DNA of 64,000 nucleotides. Source: Andalucia godoyi And28. Its lineage: Eukaryota; Protista; Jakobida. The translations under genes and the position numbers were made by a program. Where the stretch lies: assembly GCA_009859145.1 (NCBI GenBank), contig VRVR01000005.1, positions 277,448 to 341,447 of the forward strand. Direction: 5' to 3'. Positions 54,444-64,000 of this stretch are shown one piece after another. The notes under the pieces are model-generated. The model did no database searches, was not told the DNA's origin, and worked only from the letters and a program-made list of their open reading frames with translations. The stretch's first letter is position 1. The number at the start of each line of letters is the position of its first letter.

Positions 54444-56501
54444 ATGCCCGTAGTATCTGTTCCGAATCTTGGTCAGATATCCGAGACCGTGAACGATCTT
54501 TTATTTTTCAGTGATTTCGACGGTGGAAACTTGGCTTCCGTGGAACTTGCGTCGACAACTTGTGCGCAAGACGAGTTTAAGCTTTGGACAAATCCGGACT
54601 GTGCGGAATCGGCGTATGAGACGGGATTCAGAACATGGTTTCACTTTGGCATCCGTGGTTGGAACAAAGGAAAATGTATCCATGTATGTAGCCTTTCTTC
54701 CTATCACCCCGATGAACAACACCATCTATCTGCCATCGCGTGGCTCTCTTTTTCATGTATATTGGAGAGGTTGTCAGCACTAATTCCTTTTCTTTTTTGG
54801 GTTTGTATGTGATGGTGGCTTTGCGAGGCAAACCTTGAGAAAAAGATGTCGATTATGAATCTGAATGGACAAACGGGCCTTTTCAAGAGTGGCTTGAAAC
54901 CGTTCTACAGGGTCGTCGACGGCTCCGGATCCGTGGTTTCTGATTGGCAGCGAATACCGATGAATGTGTCGTTTGATAGCGACGAAGATGGAAATTTTAT
55001 TATTCGATTTCGACATGTTTTTGAAACTGGGGATGCGTCATTTACTGCGTATTTTGCATTCTCGATTCCGTATTCGTACGAGGAATGCATCCGATTTTCA
55101 GAAAGGCTGCATGCGGACTGCAAGGCGCTGAAGATACACTCGAAACTGTCGGTTCTTGCAAAGAGCCTTGAAGGGCGAGATATGAGCTTGCTGGAGATCC
55201 ACGAAACGGACCCCTCGCTTTCTGAAGAGCCAAAGAAAGTGGTGGTGGTCACCTCGCGTGTTCATCCCGGGGAGACACCAGCGTCTTTCATGTTCAAAGG
55301 GTTTTTCGAATTCCTTCTTTCCAAGGATCCGCGAGCTGTGCTTCTTCGACGGGAATTTGTGTTTCATTGCGTGTCGTGCTTGAATCCGGATGGTTGTGCG
55401 AGGGGCCACTACCGCGCGGACACCAGAGGTAGAAATCTGAACCGATTCTACACAAACTCGTGTGTGGAGGAGCATCCGACGATTCACGCGATCAAACAGC
55501 ACATGGTTGATTTGCATTCCAGGAGAGAGGAAACGAAGCACGAGCTGTTCATGTTTTTGGATATGCATGCCCATGCAAACAAGAAGGGCGTTTTCGTGTA
55601 TGGAAATCATGATGATGAGGATGAAGTCGCGGCAGAAATCATGGTCTATCCACGCATTCTTGCAGTGAATGACCCTAATTTTGACTTTGGTGGATCTGTG
55701 TTTTCGGAAAAGGGAATGAAGGCAAAAGACCGCAGAGACGGGCTCTCCAAGGAGGACTGTGGCCGAGTCACGTTGTTTCGAGACACCGAGCTTCCTCGAA
55801 TCTATACGCTGGAAGTCAATTATGCCACAGGTCGCATGCTGAATTCAGTTGTCGCAATGGCAGGGCCTGCAGAACTACTGAAGCATCCGAATTTGCGCAA
55901 AGATCCCGTTTTTGTGTCGATTCCAAAGTACGATCAAGTCGTCTTTGAAAATGCCGGTGTGCAAGCTGCGGTTTCTCTGCTGGATCTTGTCGGGAAGAAC
56001 CCCGTCAGCAGGCTTTCCAACACGGAGTTCAAGACCGTGGATGGTGTTCGGCAGGCCATGCTTCGGATGGTCCAGGACGGAGGAAAAGTTCAGAGTCGCG
56101 TGTTCGCTGTTGCTTCGAAATCAACGGCAGCGCAGAGGATACGTAAGGATGTTCCGGTGCAAATTTTTACAAAGGAAAACAACAAGACTACATCCATCAA
56201 CGGCGCTGTTCAGCCACCGACCATCTTGTCCGATCCTGCATCTGGTGCAGGTCCCATTTCCGTCTCTGGCTCTTCTCTATCGCTTCCGCGATCGCGTTCC
56301 GCGCTGTCATCCGCGTCATCATTATCTGCTTCTTCTTCTTCTTCTTCTTCTTCTTCTTCTTCTTCTGCTATGTCTTCGACGCCTCGGGTATACAGCGGTC
56401 GCGGTATAAGTGTGATGGCAGGTGGCTCGTCGCGCCCCCCGAACGCATTATCCTCGCAGCAGCGTCGTCGTGCAGCAGAAAGCATGTCCGCGGCAGAATG
56501 A
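54444..56501 (+). CDS. AGBL5: Cytosolic carboxypeptidase (tubulin deglutamylase) CCP5/AGBL5-like; intron 54684-54845 (acceptor tentative)
   Basis: FSDFDGGNL, RTWFHFGI, SRVHPGETPAS, NPDGCARGHYR, DMHAHANKKG, YTLEVNY (M14 family). Confidence 0.85.
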
Positions 56502-56720
56502 GTTTGCTTTCGACTTTTGGCTATTTGGCTATTTCTCTTCTTCTGTTGTTCCCCACGTGTGTGGGATTAGGAGAGTTTTTGTTCCGCCTCGTTTTTGCAC
56601 TCACGTTTTCCCGTACCATATTGGTAAATGCGCACCGAAAAAAAGATCACAAAGAAATACATGGAACGGTTCGCATTGTGTGTCCTTCTTTTTATGATCC
56701 CTCAGAAACCTTCCATCACC

Positions 56721-57787
56721 TTACTTTTTGTTGCGGTCGATCACCTTGAGCAGGGCCGAAGCATCTTCAGGATGCTTGAGCTTGAGCGCGTACATGGACA
56801 GCTTGGCCTCGTCCATACCTTCAAATACTGTGTCCTTTGAGGGAATAGCAGCGAATCGAACAGTCTTTTCCTCGCTGATCGACGCATTGAGAGTTGGGAA
56901 CAAGAGGACGTTGAGCAAAAGCTTGAGCGTCTTGTCTGCTCTCATCAGCATCCGCACCTTCCCAGACTTTTTGTGCTTGTTGACATGGATCTCTCCTGCA
57001 CCCAATTCACGGAATTTCTTTTCCTTCTTTGTGACCTTTCCGTCTTCTTTCTTGACCTCCACTTCCGCAAAGACAAACAGTTTTGCGTGAATTTTGTGCA
57101 GCGTTTCTTCTTCTTCCTCGCCAGTTTGTGTTTCCTTTTTCTCGACCTTGATGGATGCAACTTCAGTTCCAGACCCAACGGCAACCTCTGCCTCTGGATT
57201 CTCTTCGCCTTCCTCTTCATCGTCCTTATTTGCGTTGGCGTTCGCTGCCGGAAACGCCAAATTGCCGAACGCAAACGGTTTGAATCCCCCAAAGGTTCCA
57301 AACCCATTCGAGCCTTCTGCAGCAGCCGTCGTCGTCGTCGCCGTCGTTGTTGCTCCAAACGAAAAGCCACTTGTAGACGGCGTGGGAAACTTGAAGTCAA
57401 ATGCAAATGCAGGCTTCTTCACCTCTTCCGTAGCCTTCTTCTCTTCTTCCTTCTTTGGCGCGCCCTCGTCCTCGTCCTTCTTCTTTGGCGCGTCCTCCTC
57501 CTTCTCCTTCTTCTTTGGGGATCCCTCCACCTTTTCCGTTACAGCCACATCTCTGTTGGAACCTGAGTCGTCCTTCTTTGCTGGCTCCTCGGCGACTGCA
57601 TGGTCCTTCTCAGCAGGTGTTACAGGCTTGACAGGAGCCGGATTAAACGCAAACTTGAATTCCGTCGACGCTGGGGTCGCTTCCGATTTTGTCGCAAACA
57701 CATTCGCAAAAACATTGGTACCTGCCCCTGCGGGTTGAGTGGCTCCAGCAGTCAATCTGCGCTTAGGTTTAACGTACGAACTGCATC

Positions 57788-57857
<70 letters not shown>

Positions 57858-58123
57858 AACAAACAAACAAACAAACAAACAAACAAACAAACAGGACGAA
57901 AAAGAAAAGAGAAGAAGAAGGGGGAAATGTAAGAAATAAACAACTGGATTAAAAGCACGCATACAAAAAGAAGTCATAAACGAAAAAAAGTGAAAAAAAG
58001 AGCAAATACACAAACATACTTTAGTGGTTTTTCACGGAATTTGAGTTCGGATGTCTCTTCGTTTTCCGAAGCAGAATTGTCAACATCGTCTTTGGAAAGA
58101 TCTCTTTCTGCAGCGCGCTTCAT
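56721..58123 (-). CDS. NUP50: Nucleoporin Nup50/Nup2-like (N-terminal importin-alpha-binding motif, FxF repeats, Ran-binding domain); exons 58123-58020 and 57780-56721
   Basis: MKRAAERDLSKDD...KPKRR, FKFAF/FAFDFKF/FSFG repeats, and GEEEEETLHKIHAKLF...FRELGAGEIHVNKHKKSGKVRMLMRAD RanBD. Confidence 0.8.
57789..57892. repeat. (CA)n plus (AAAC)n compound microsatellite in the NUP50 intron
   Basis: Seen directly; similar (CA)/(CT) tracts occur near 29720, 38290 and 62970. Confidence 0.9.
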
Positions 58124-58571
58124 TCTGAAAAACCCAATCACACTTTGAATTCCCGATTCCAACAGTAATAACAACGACAGCAAAGGAAGAAGACAGTCAA
58201 AAGAATATTTTGCTAATGAAGAAAGAAGAGAAAGAGAACACCAAAAGAGAAGCTCAATGTTTTTGGCGGCCATTCAAAACAGAGAAGCGAAATGCGACTT
58301 GCATCAATAGCATGGAGAATTGATGCTACAGCGAGGCTCAAAAGAGCCGAAAAATACTGTCGGAAAAAGCGTTAAAGAAACCCGAATCAACAATACCAGA
58401 ACCAACCAAAGAAGCGTTTTTCCCCCCGTATTTTTTCAAGTATTATTTTGAAATAGTGAAATTAAAGTATTGTGCATCAAAGAGAAAACACCATACAGAA
58501 CGAATCCAGAAATTTTAATTGTGGAAAGCACACAGAGCGAGACATTAGCAAAACGTAGAACGGAAAGAAGA

Positions 58572-59363
58572 ATGTCGTTTTCACGGAAATCGCATGCGCC
58601 GTCGAGCAACTCGAGAATAGGAGGTTTGTCGTCGGAAACGTCAAAGCTGTTGACGACAATGATGTCTCAGTCCGGACTCAATGCATTCCAGCAAAAGAGC
58701 CTTTCCAAGGCCATTTCAACGCGTGGGACGCTTCCCTCTGAATGCCCTCCTGAATCGCACATTCCCGACATGAACCTCATGACAAAGAAATACATTGAAC
58801 AAAAGTCGGCGATGGGCTTGGACCCATTTTACAGGAGAAGAGTGATTGGAAAAAAGGTACAAACGACGATTCATCGCGATGCTCCGGCGGAGCGAGACAG
58901 TTTTAAACCACGCCCAGCAAAATTTGCTCGTGATAAGGAGAGAGCCAAGTTGGCAGACAAGTTTGAAAAGTCGGCGAGCTTTTTCCTGCCAAAGGATGTT
59001 CTTGCATCGCAGCAGACGTCCGTTGTGGCCAACTCTGTCGGGATCGTGCAAGACGAGCGAGACGAGACGTTCGGAGGAATGCTGAAGCATGCCACAGAGG
59101 AAAATGTCAGTTTGGTGGACGAAGTTATCGAGCGCTTGGACTGGATCGAAGCCATGGCTCGGTCCAAGGGACTCCGAAGAGACCATGTGTTTTCGATGCA
59201 GGTACAGATTGCAGAGAGGGTCAGTGCGCTTCGGAAGGCCGGCGAACCGTCTGCAGCTTCGCAGCTCGAGTCGGAATTCAAAGAACTGCTCACAGCTGCC
59301 GGATTCTCTCTGGATAGACCGGCCCTCTCGGAACGAAATCCCATTGCACATCACAATGGATAG
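58572..59363 (+). CDS. UPF0193/EVG1 (C22orf23)-like protein
   Basis: SETSKLLTTMMSQSGLNAFQQKSLSKAISTRGTLPSECPP and LVDEVIERLDWIEAM...QIAERV. Confidence 0.72.
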   Translation: MSFSRKSHAPSSNSRIGGLSSETSKLLTTMMSQSGLNAFQQKSLSKAISTRGTLPSECPPESHIPDMNLMTKKYIEQKSAMGLDPFYRRRVIGKKVQTTIHRDAPAERDSFKPRPAKFARDKERAKLADKFEKSASFFLPKDVLASQQTSVVANSVGIVQDERDETFGGMLKHATEENVSLVDEVIERLDWIEAMARSKGLRRDHVFSMQVQIAERVSALRKAGEPSAASQLESEFKELLTAAGFSLDRPALSERNPIAHHNG

Positions 59364-59681
59364 CCGCTTTTCTGTGCAGCATATGATCTAACGGACTTAC
59401 TCACAGTGTTCTTTTACAAAGAAATAACATTTGAAACACGGTATTTTAAAGTCGTTTCGACAACTGAACTATCTATACACTTTACGGATCACCTATCCGA
59501 TTCTCTGATCTCTTCCTCTTGGGCTCTTGTTCACATACTGCCCATTGTCAAGATCCATGTTTTCCCCATCTCATCGCTGCTATTTCAACTCCCGTATTAT
59601 CTTCTTTTCACATGTGTATCATATTCGTCCTTCTGTTGATTTGTTAGTTGTTGTTATTGGTTGCAGGGCTTTTTTTTTTGG

Positions 59682-61037
59682 TTAGTAACGGAGAGGGTCG
59701 GCCCTGCGCATGTAGACGGGTGGTCGCGGAGCCATGGGCGGCTGCGGAATGGGCGCCGGTGGACGATTCGAAGCCACCACAACACTCACGCCAGCGCCAG
59801 CGCCCAGCCTGCGAACCTGGTAGGCTTGGTGTTGCGACTGGACAACGGATGGCAACGCGCGCCCATAGTTTCCGTTAGAAGTAGGAGGAAGCGGTGGGAT
59901 TCCAGCTGCGCATCCTGCAGGGAGCCCGCCCTGGCCATTGTTGCTACCGTTGGCGGCCGATGACGAAGACTGTGCGATTCGTGGAAACAGAACCCCTGCA
60001 ACGGGGATTTCGTCTGCGGAGGCGCCGGAATCCAAACAAGCCTGCGCAGAAGGGTAGTTTGGGGTAGGCAGATGCAGCTGTGTCAGGTTTCGGGGAACCT
60101 TGATGGTGGAGCGGGGTTTTGGGTTTCCAGCAGCTCCGGGCTTTGAAACAGCCACGGATGCGGACTCCTTCTTGCTCCATCCGAATTTTTCGCACATGGC
60201 GGACATGCGCTTTGCAACCACGGGAATAGCCAGTATCGAGTTGACGGTGGGCCGCGCAGCTGGATCCAGGACCAGCATCTTCTTCACAAGCTCTGAGAGT
60301 TCCTTGGAGTAAAATGTCGGGACTGGCTTGTACTGGTTTCGCAGTACATTGGCAGCCAAGTCTTTGATGCTGTTTCCTTCGAACGGGCGGCGAAGAGTCA
60401 TCAGTTCGTAGAGTAAAACACCAAGTGACCAAATATCGCATTTTGTGTCATACGGCATGTTTCTCCAGATCTCTGGAGCAACGTAGTACGGCGTCCCAAC
60501 CTGGGTTCGTGTGATTCCCGTGGATTTGACGAGCTTCGCTACTCCCAAATCCCCAATCTTGATGATGTCGTCCGAGTCCAAAAAAATGTTGGGAGACTTC
60601 AGATCGCGGTGGAGAATGTTCATATTGTGAACTGCCTGCAATCCAAGAAGCATCTGGATCAACAAGGACCAAATCTGATCTTCCTCAAAATACTTGTTCT
60701 TTGATTTTTGCTTTGAAATGCGAGTTGCAAGATCGCCTTCGCGTGCGAATTCTGTAACAATGAACAGCTTGTCGTCCTCCACAAATGCCTCGTGGTATCG
60801 AACAACAGCAGGATGGTTCACCGAAGCTAGCAATCGTATTTCATTCACTGCTTCTTCCCGCTCCCGTTGGCTCATGCTCTTGATCTTCACTTCCTTCATT
60901 GCATATTCTTGACCGTCAGAATGACGAAGGACGCGATGCACGGATCCATACGATCCCTTACCAAGAAACTGCAAGATCTTAAATTCCGAAAGCTTTGAAT
61001 GCGACTTTTCGGGAACTGCAGAATAGTACTTCGACAT
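59682..61037 (-). CDS. NEK: NIMA-related (NEK) kinase with DLG motif
   Basis: LGKGSYG, YAMKEV, AVNEIRLLAS, HRDLKSPNIFL, DLGVAK, QVGTPYYVAPE, DIWSLG. Confidence 0.92.
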   Translation of the reverse strand: MSKYYSAVPEKSHSKLSEFKILQFLGKGSYGSVHRVLRHSDGQEYAMKEVKIKSMSQREREEAVNEIRLLASVNHPAVVRYHEAFVEDDKLFIVTEFAREGDLATRISKQKSKNKYFEEDQIWSLLIQMLLGLQAVHNMNILHRDLKSPNIFLDSDDIIKIGDLGVAKLVKSTGITRTQVGTPYYVAPEIWRNMPYDTKCDIWSLGVLLYELMTLRRPFEGNSIKDLAANVLRNQYKPVPTFYSKELSELVKKMLVLDPAARPTVNSILAIPVVAKRMSAMCEKFGWSKKESASVAVSKPGAAGNPKPRSTIKVPRNLTQLHLPTPNYPSAQACLDSGASADEIPVAGVLFPRIAQSSSSAANGSNNGQGGLPAGCAAGIPPLPPTSNGNYGRALPSVVQSQHQAYQVRRLGAGAGVSVVVASNRPPAPIPQPPMAPRPPVYMRRADPLRY

Positions 61038-61562
61038 GACTGAACGCAACTTCTGCACGAGTGTGGAGTAAGAATGGCTTTGTTAGGGGGGAAGAAATGA
61101 ATGGGAGTGGGAAACGAGAATAATCAAGCAAACACGAAAAGCAGAGTGAGAAGTTTAAAAAGAAAAAAATAAAGAAGAAATAAACAATATTTGGGAGTGT
61201 GGGAAATTGCGTTTTGTTTTCTCGCAGAAAACCAAATTGTGAAAAAGGAGAGTCGTTTTTCTTTGCGAGAAATCCGTTAAGCACGAGATAATGTACGGTC
61301 GTTGCTCGTTTTCCTCTGGGTTTTCTGCATTTTGTTTTCTCCTCTTCCTGCTTCTGTTGCGCTGTCATTGCCTATTGATCAACACAGTAGCGGTGTAGAG
61401 AGCAGCGGTGTCGAATGAACAAATAGGTGATTCTCATATGCTTCGTGTACTCATAATAAAACATTTGAAAATAATAAGCCGAAAAAAAAAAAAAAAAAAA
61501 AAAAAAAAAAGCCAAAGCGAATCTGTACATTTGAGGAGAAGAAAAGGAGGTAATCGCATACC

Positions 61563-62948
61563 CTAGTCATCATCGTCATCCAGGATGGATTTCTTGACAT
61601 TATATGTCGATCGACAAGACAAGAACGGTGCGTTATGGTGAAATGCATACCATTGAAATGCGTAGAACCCGTCTGGGACCAGTGCTCTTCCTTTCACCAG
61701 CATCTTGTCCTTGTCCTTCTTCTTCTTCTTTCCACTCCCCTTTTCATCTTCTCTTTCCGCATCTGTTCCTGCTTCCTTTTCCTTTTCCTTTTCCTTCTGC
61801 TTTTCGGTTCGCTGCTCCGGTTCCGGTTCGTGTTGCTGTTCCTTTCTGCGGGCAGCAAGAGTATTCATACTAGCTTCAACTCTGAGTAGATTGTCCAGTT
61901 GCGAATTCTCATAAACCTGCTCAGTTGCTCTCGTTGCCATTTCAAGCCGAAACCATTCTGGGACAATCGGAACAGGTTGACTGGGCGACACGGAGGTCAA
62001 TTTACTGCTCTTTCCCTGGCTTCCCCCAACGACCCTCGCTCCACCATTGCCACTCTCACCTCCACTCTTATTACCACTACCACTACTATTACTGCTGCTG
62101 CTGCTGCTGCTGCTGCTGGAGTTTTGAAACGCATGAAACGCAGATGCGGATGATGACGACGACGCAGAAGAGGAAACAGAAGAAGAGGAAGAAGAAGAGA
62201 GAACAGGTGCGGAAAACGGCGAGTGTAACAAGGACGGATTTGAGAGTGGTGGACTTGAAATCTCTGTAGCACTGAACCTCTGCATTTGGATGCTCGTCCT
62301 GTTTGCACCTGTTGCATGAAGTGCGGCAATACTGGTACTGGTGATGGAAGACGAGGCACGGTGCCTGTTTGGAGGAACTGAGAGGCTCAGACTGGTATTG
62401 GGGACTGCGGCCGAAACCGCATAGGAAGCCCCTGTGGAAGGAATGTTGAGAAAAAACGAAAAATAATCGAGATCGATCGCGTCGGTTTCGAACAATTCAA
62501 CGAGTCGTTCAACAGCATATCTCGTTCTGCCTCTCGCAAACAGTCTATACTCATCTACGATCATAGCGACGCTCCAGCCCATCAGTCGTTTCAAGCACCC
62601 CACAACAGCCGACGTGAGATGGACTCCCGATGCGCACATGATGAGCACCGGGTGGTTGTTCGCATCCAGCAGAAACTCAAGACACAACTTCATATGATCA
62701 TGGTCGAGCGGATCCCATGACTCAGCATACGCGGCATCTTCCGTCCACAGCGACTGCAAGGTTGGGCAGAACAAGTGGATGCGGTATCCGTCGATCCAGT
62801 CCCGCATTCGACGCTCCAGCAGGTCCGGTTCCAGAACCAGCACAGACTTTAAGCCGAGAGTGGACAAGTACGACAAGTGCTCAGGAGCTGGTATCGCACT
62901 CCTGTAAATCCCCGGAAACACCATCCCAAACCGACTAGGCGGATTCAT
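61563..62948 (-). CDS. Siw14/OCA-family (Y_phosphatase2) phosphatase-like protein, probably inactive
   Basis: PPSRFGMVFPGIYRS, LGLKSVLVL, NHPVLIMCASGVHLTSAVVGCLKRLMGWS...EYRLFA; ATG at 62948. Confidence 0.8.
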   Translation of the reverse strand: MNPPSRFGMVFPGIYRSAIPAPEHLSYLSTLGLKSVLVLEPDLLERRMRDWIDGYRIHLFCPTLQSLWTEDAAYAESWDPLDHDHMKLCLEFLLDANNHPVLIMCASGVHLTSAVVGCLKRLMGWSVAMIVDEYRLFARGRTRYAVERLVELFETDAIDLDYFSFFLNIPSTGASYAVSAAVPNTSLSLSVPPNRHRASSSITSTSIAALHATGANRTSIQMQRFSATEISSPPLSNPSLLHSPFSAPVLSSSSSSSVSSSASSSSSASAFHAFQNSSSSSSSSSSNSSGSGNKSGGESGNGGARVVGGSQGKSSKLTSVSPSQPVPIVPEWFRLEMATRATEQVYENSQLDNLLRVEASMNTLAARRKEQQHEPEPEQRTEKQKEKEKEKEAGTDAEREDEKGSGKKKKKDKDKMLVKGRALVPDGFYAFQWYAFHHNAPFLSCRSTYNVKKSILDDDDD

Positions 62949-62964
62949 ATTTCCTGTTGCACGA

Positions 62965-63038
<74 letters not shown>

Positions 63039-63347
63039 ACGCACACCTGGGTGTCTCTCGTCAGTTGCAAAGCTCCATGCGGGATAAAGAGCCGAAAACT
63101 CGCAAGCTCGGCCAAATCGGAGAATGGGGCAAAGTGCACTGAGGAGATCCGGCAGAAGTTTCTGACGTTTACAGTGGATGAAATGCACCCGCTCAAATTT
63201 CCCTTCCAAAATTTGAAAAGTGATCAGCAGAGGATATTTCCTTTTTTCTTTTCTTTTCAGTTTTATTTAGATTTAAATATATTTAAATAAAAATGGCTCA
63301 GAATTCTTCTTTGATTTCTACCGTCCGTCCATTTGATAAGGAAGAGA

Positions 63348-64000
63348 ATGGGAAAGAATGGAGGTGGAAATGTGTTTCAAAAGATGATGGATCAATCGAG
63401 AAAACGCACTGTGGAAAAGCTTCAGAATCCATGTTTGAGTAGCCGTTGCGATGAAGGACAAGAAAGCCGCGATGGTCATTATGATAGTTCAGAGAGCAGC
63501 AACATGAAGAAAAGGAAAAGACCCAGATGTGGCGTGGATGGGACAGTGTCGATTCTGGATGCTGATCTGAACCCTTTTGAGCAGGACGATTTTGCAGTGC
63601 TTCCGCTGCGTGCACAGTCGTTGGTGTGTTCTGCTTCGTCAACGCAAGGAGCGAATCCAGTGGCCCCGCTGCCAAAGGCATCCACACAAATGTTTCTGGA
63701 TTTTGGTCAGTCTGAATTTACGAAAACATGCGGGATGTGCGGCATGGTGTATTCTCCTGGTGTCGATGAGGACGAAATCTTGCACAAGCGGACTTGCAAG
63801 AAGCAGCAGCATTTGAGACCAGAAGCTCAAGAGTTCTTTCGCTTACCGCATCACGGTGCAATTCACAACAAGAAACAGTATGACGTGTTGTTCGAGTATG
63901 AGCCACGGAACATGCCTTTGTTCAAAAGTGATGAAAAGAAGCAGCGGGAAAACGCAAATCTGGATCGGTGGATCCGACCATCGGCTGCCTCGCGAGCCAA
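63348..64000 (+). CDS. ECO1: Eco1/ESCO-type cohesin acetyltransferase N-terminal zinc-finger region (partial)
   Basis: Open frame from ATG 63348 to the window end containing QMFLDFGQSEFTKTCGMCGMVYSPGVDEDEILHKRTC; not in the ORF track. Confidence 0.65.
   Translation, partial: MGKNGGGNVFQKMMDQSRKRTVEKLQNPCLSSRCDEGQESRDGHYDSSESSNMKKRKRPRCGVDGTVSILDADLNPFEQDDFAVLPLRAQSLVCSASSTQGANPVAPLPKASTQMFLDFGQSEFTKTCGMCGMVYSPGVDEDEILHKRTCKKQQHLRPEAQEFFRLPHHGAIHNKKQYDVLFEYEPRNMPLFKSDEKKQRENANLDRWIRPSAASRA

Noticed and set aside
2625-59344. Long antisense or overlapping ORFs (e.g. 2625-3338, 7379-8050, 19702-20580, 52345-53157, 57094-57738, 58716-59354)
   Set aside because: They shadow well-supported genes on the opposite strand or frame and carry no recognisable motifs.
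1560-64000. Functional cluster of chromosome-segregation genes (HAUS1, APC4, kleisin, Survivin-like, NEK, Eco1)
   Set aside because: They are interspersed with unrelated genes, and such functions are common enough for chance co-location.
1-64000. CRISPR arrays, rRNA, spliceosomal snRNAs, U12-type introns
   Set aside because: No repeat-spacer arrays, no recognisable rRNA or U1/U2/U4/U5/U6 signatures, and all modelled introns are U2-type GT-AG.

Overview
This is gene-dense eukaryotic nuclear DNA. It holds about 28 protein genes, 14 short GT-AG introns that I could model (mostly with GTAYG donors), microsatellite-rich introns and spacers, and one tRNA-Arg(ACG). Ciliary genes (DLEC1, EVG1, CCP5-type deglutamylase, DLG-type NEK) point to a flagellated protist, but the species cannot be named from sequence alone. 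Most genes are conserved housekeeping or cell-cycle genes: HAUS1, NAT10, APC4, PRP38, ODR4, SPATA20, a Rec8/Rad21 kleisin, NMD3, a BIG ARF-GEF, ARMC8, TMEM53, NUP50, an OCA-type phosphatase and an Eco1-like gene. The most striking unannotated signal lies below the ORF-track threshold. At 23229-23536 (-) is an internally deleted Fanzor2/IS607-TnpB-like element, in which the N-terminal HTH is joined directly to the RuvC-III motif and followed by an omega-RNA-like structured tail. A second, diverged 3-prime-end copy sits at 32384-32570 (-), 50 bp upstream of the tRNA, and weaker scaffold-like candidates occur in other spacers. Also notable are a frameshifted bacterial-type ATP-grasp gene, a 59-aa Survivin/Bir1-helix-like ORF, and a HIND motif on Prp38. 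All family calls come from motif recognition by eye; no searches were run.
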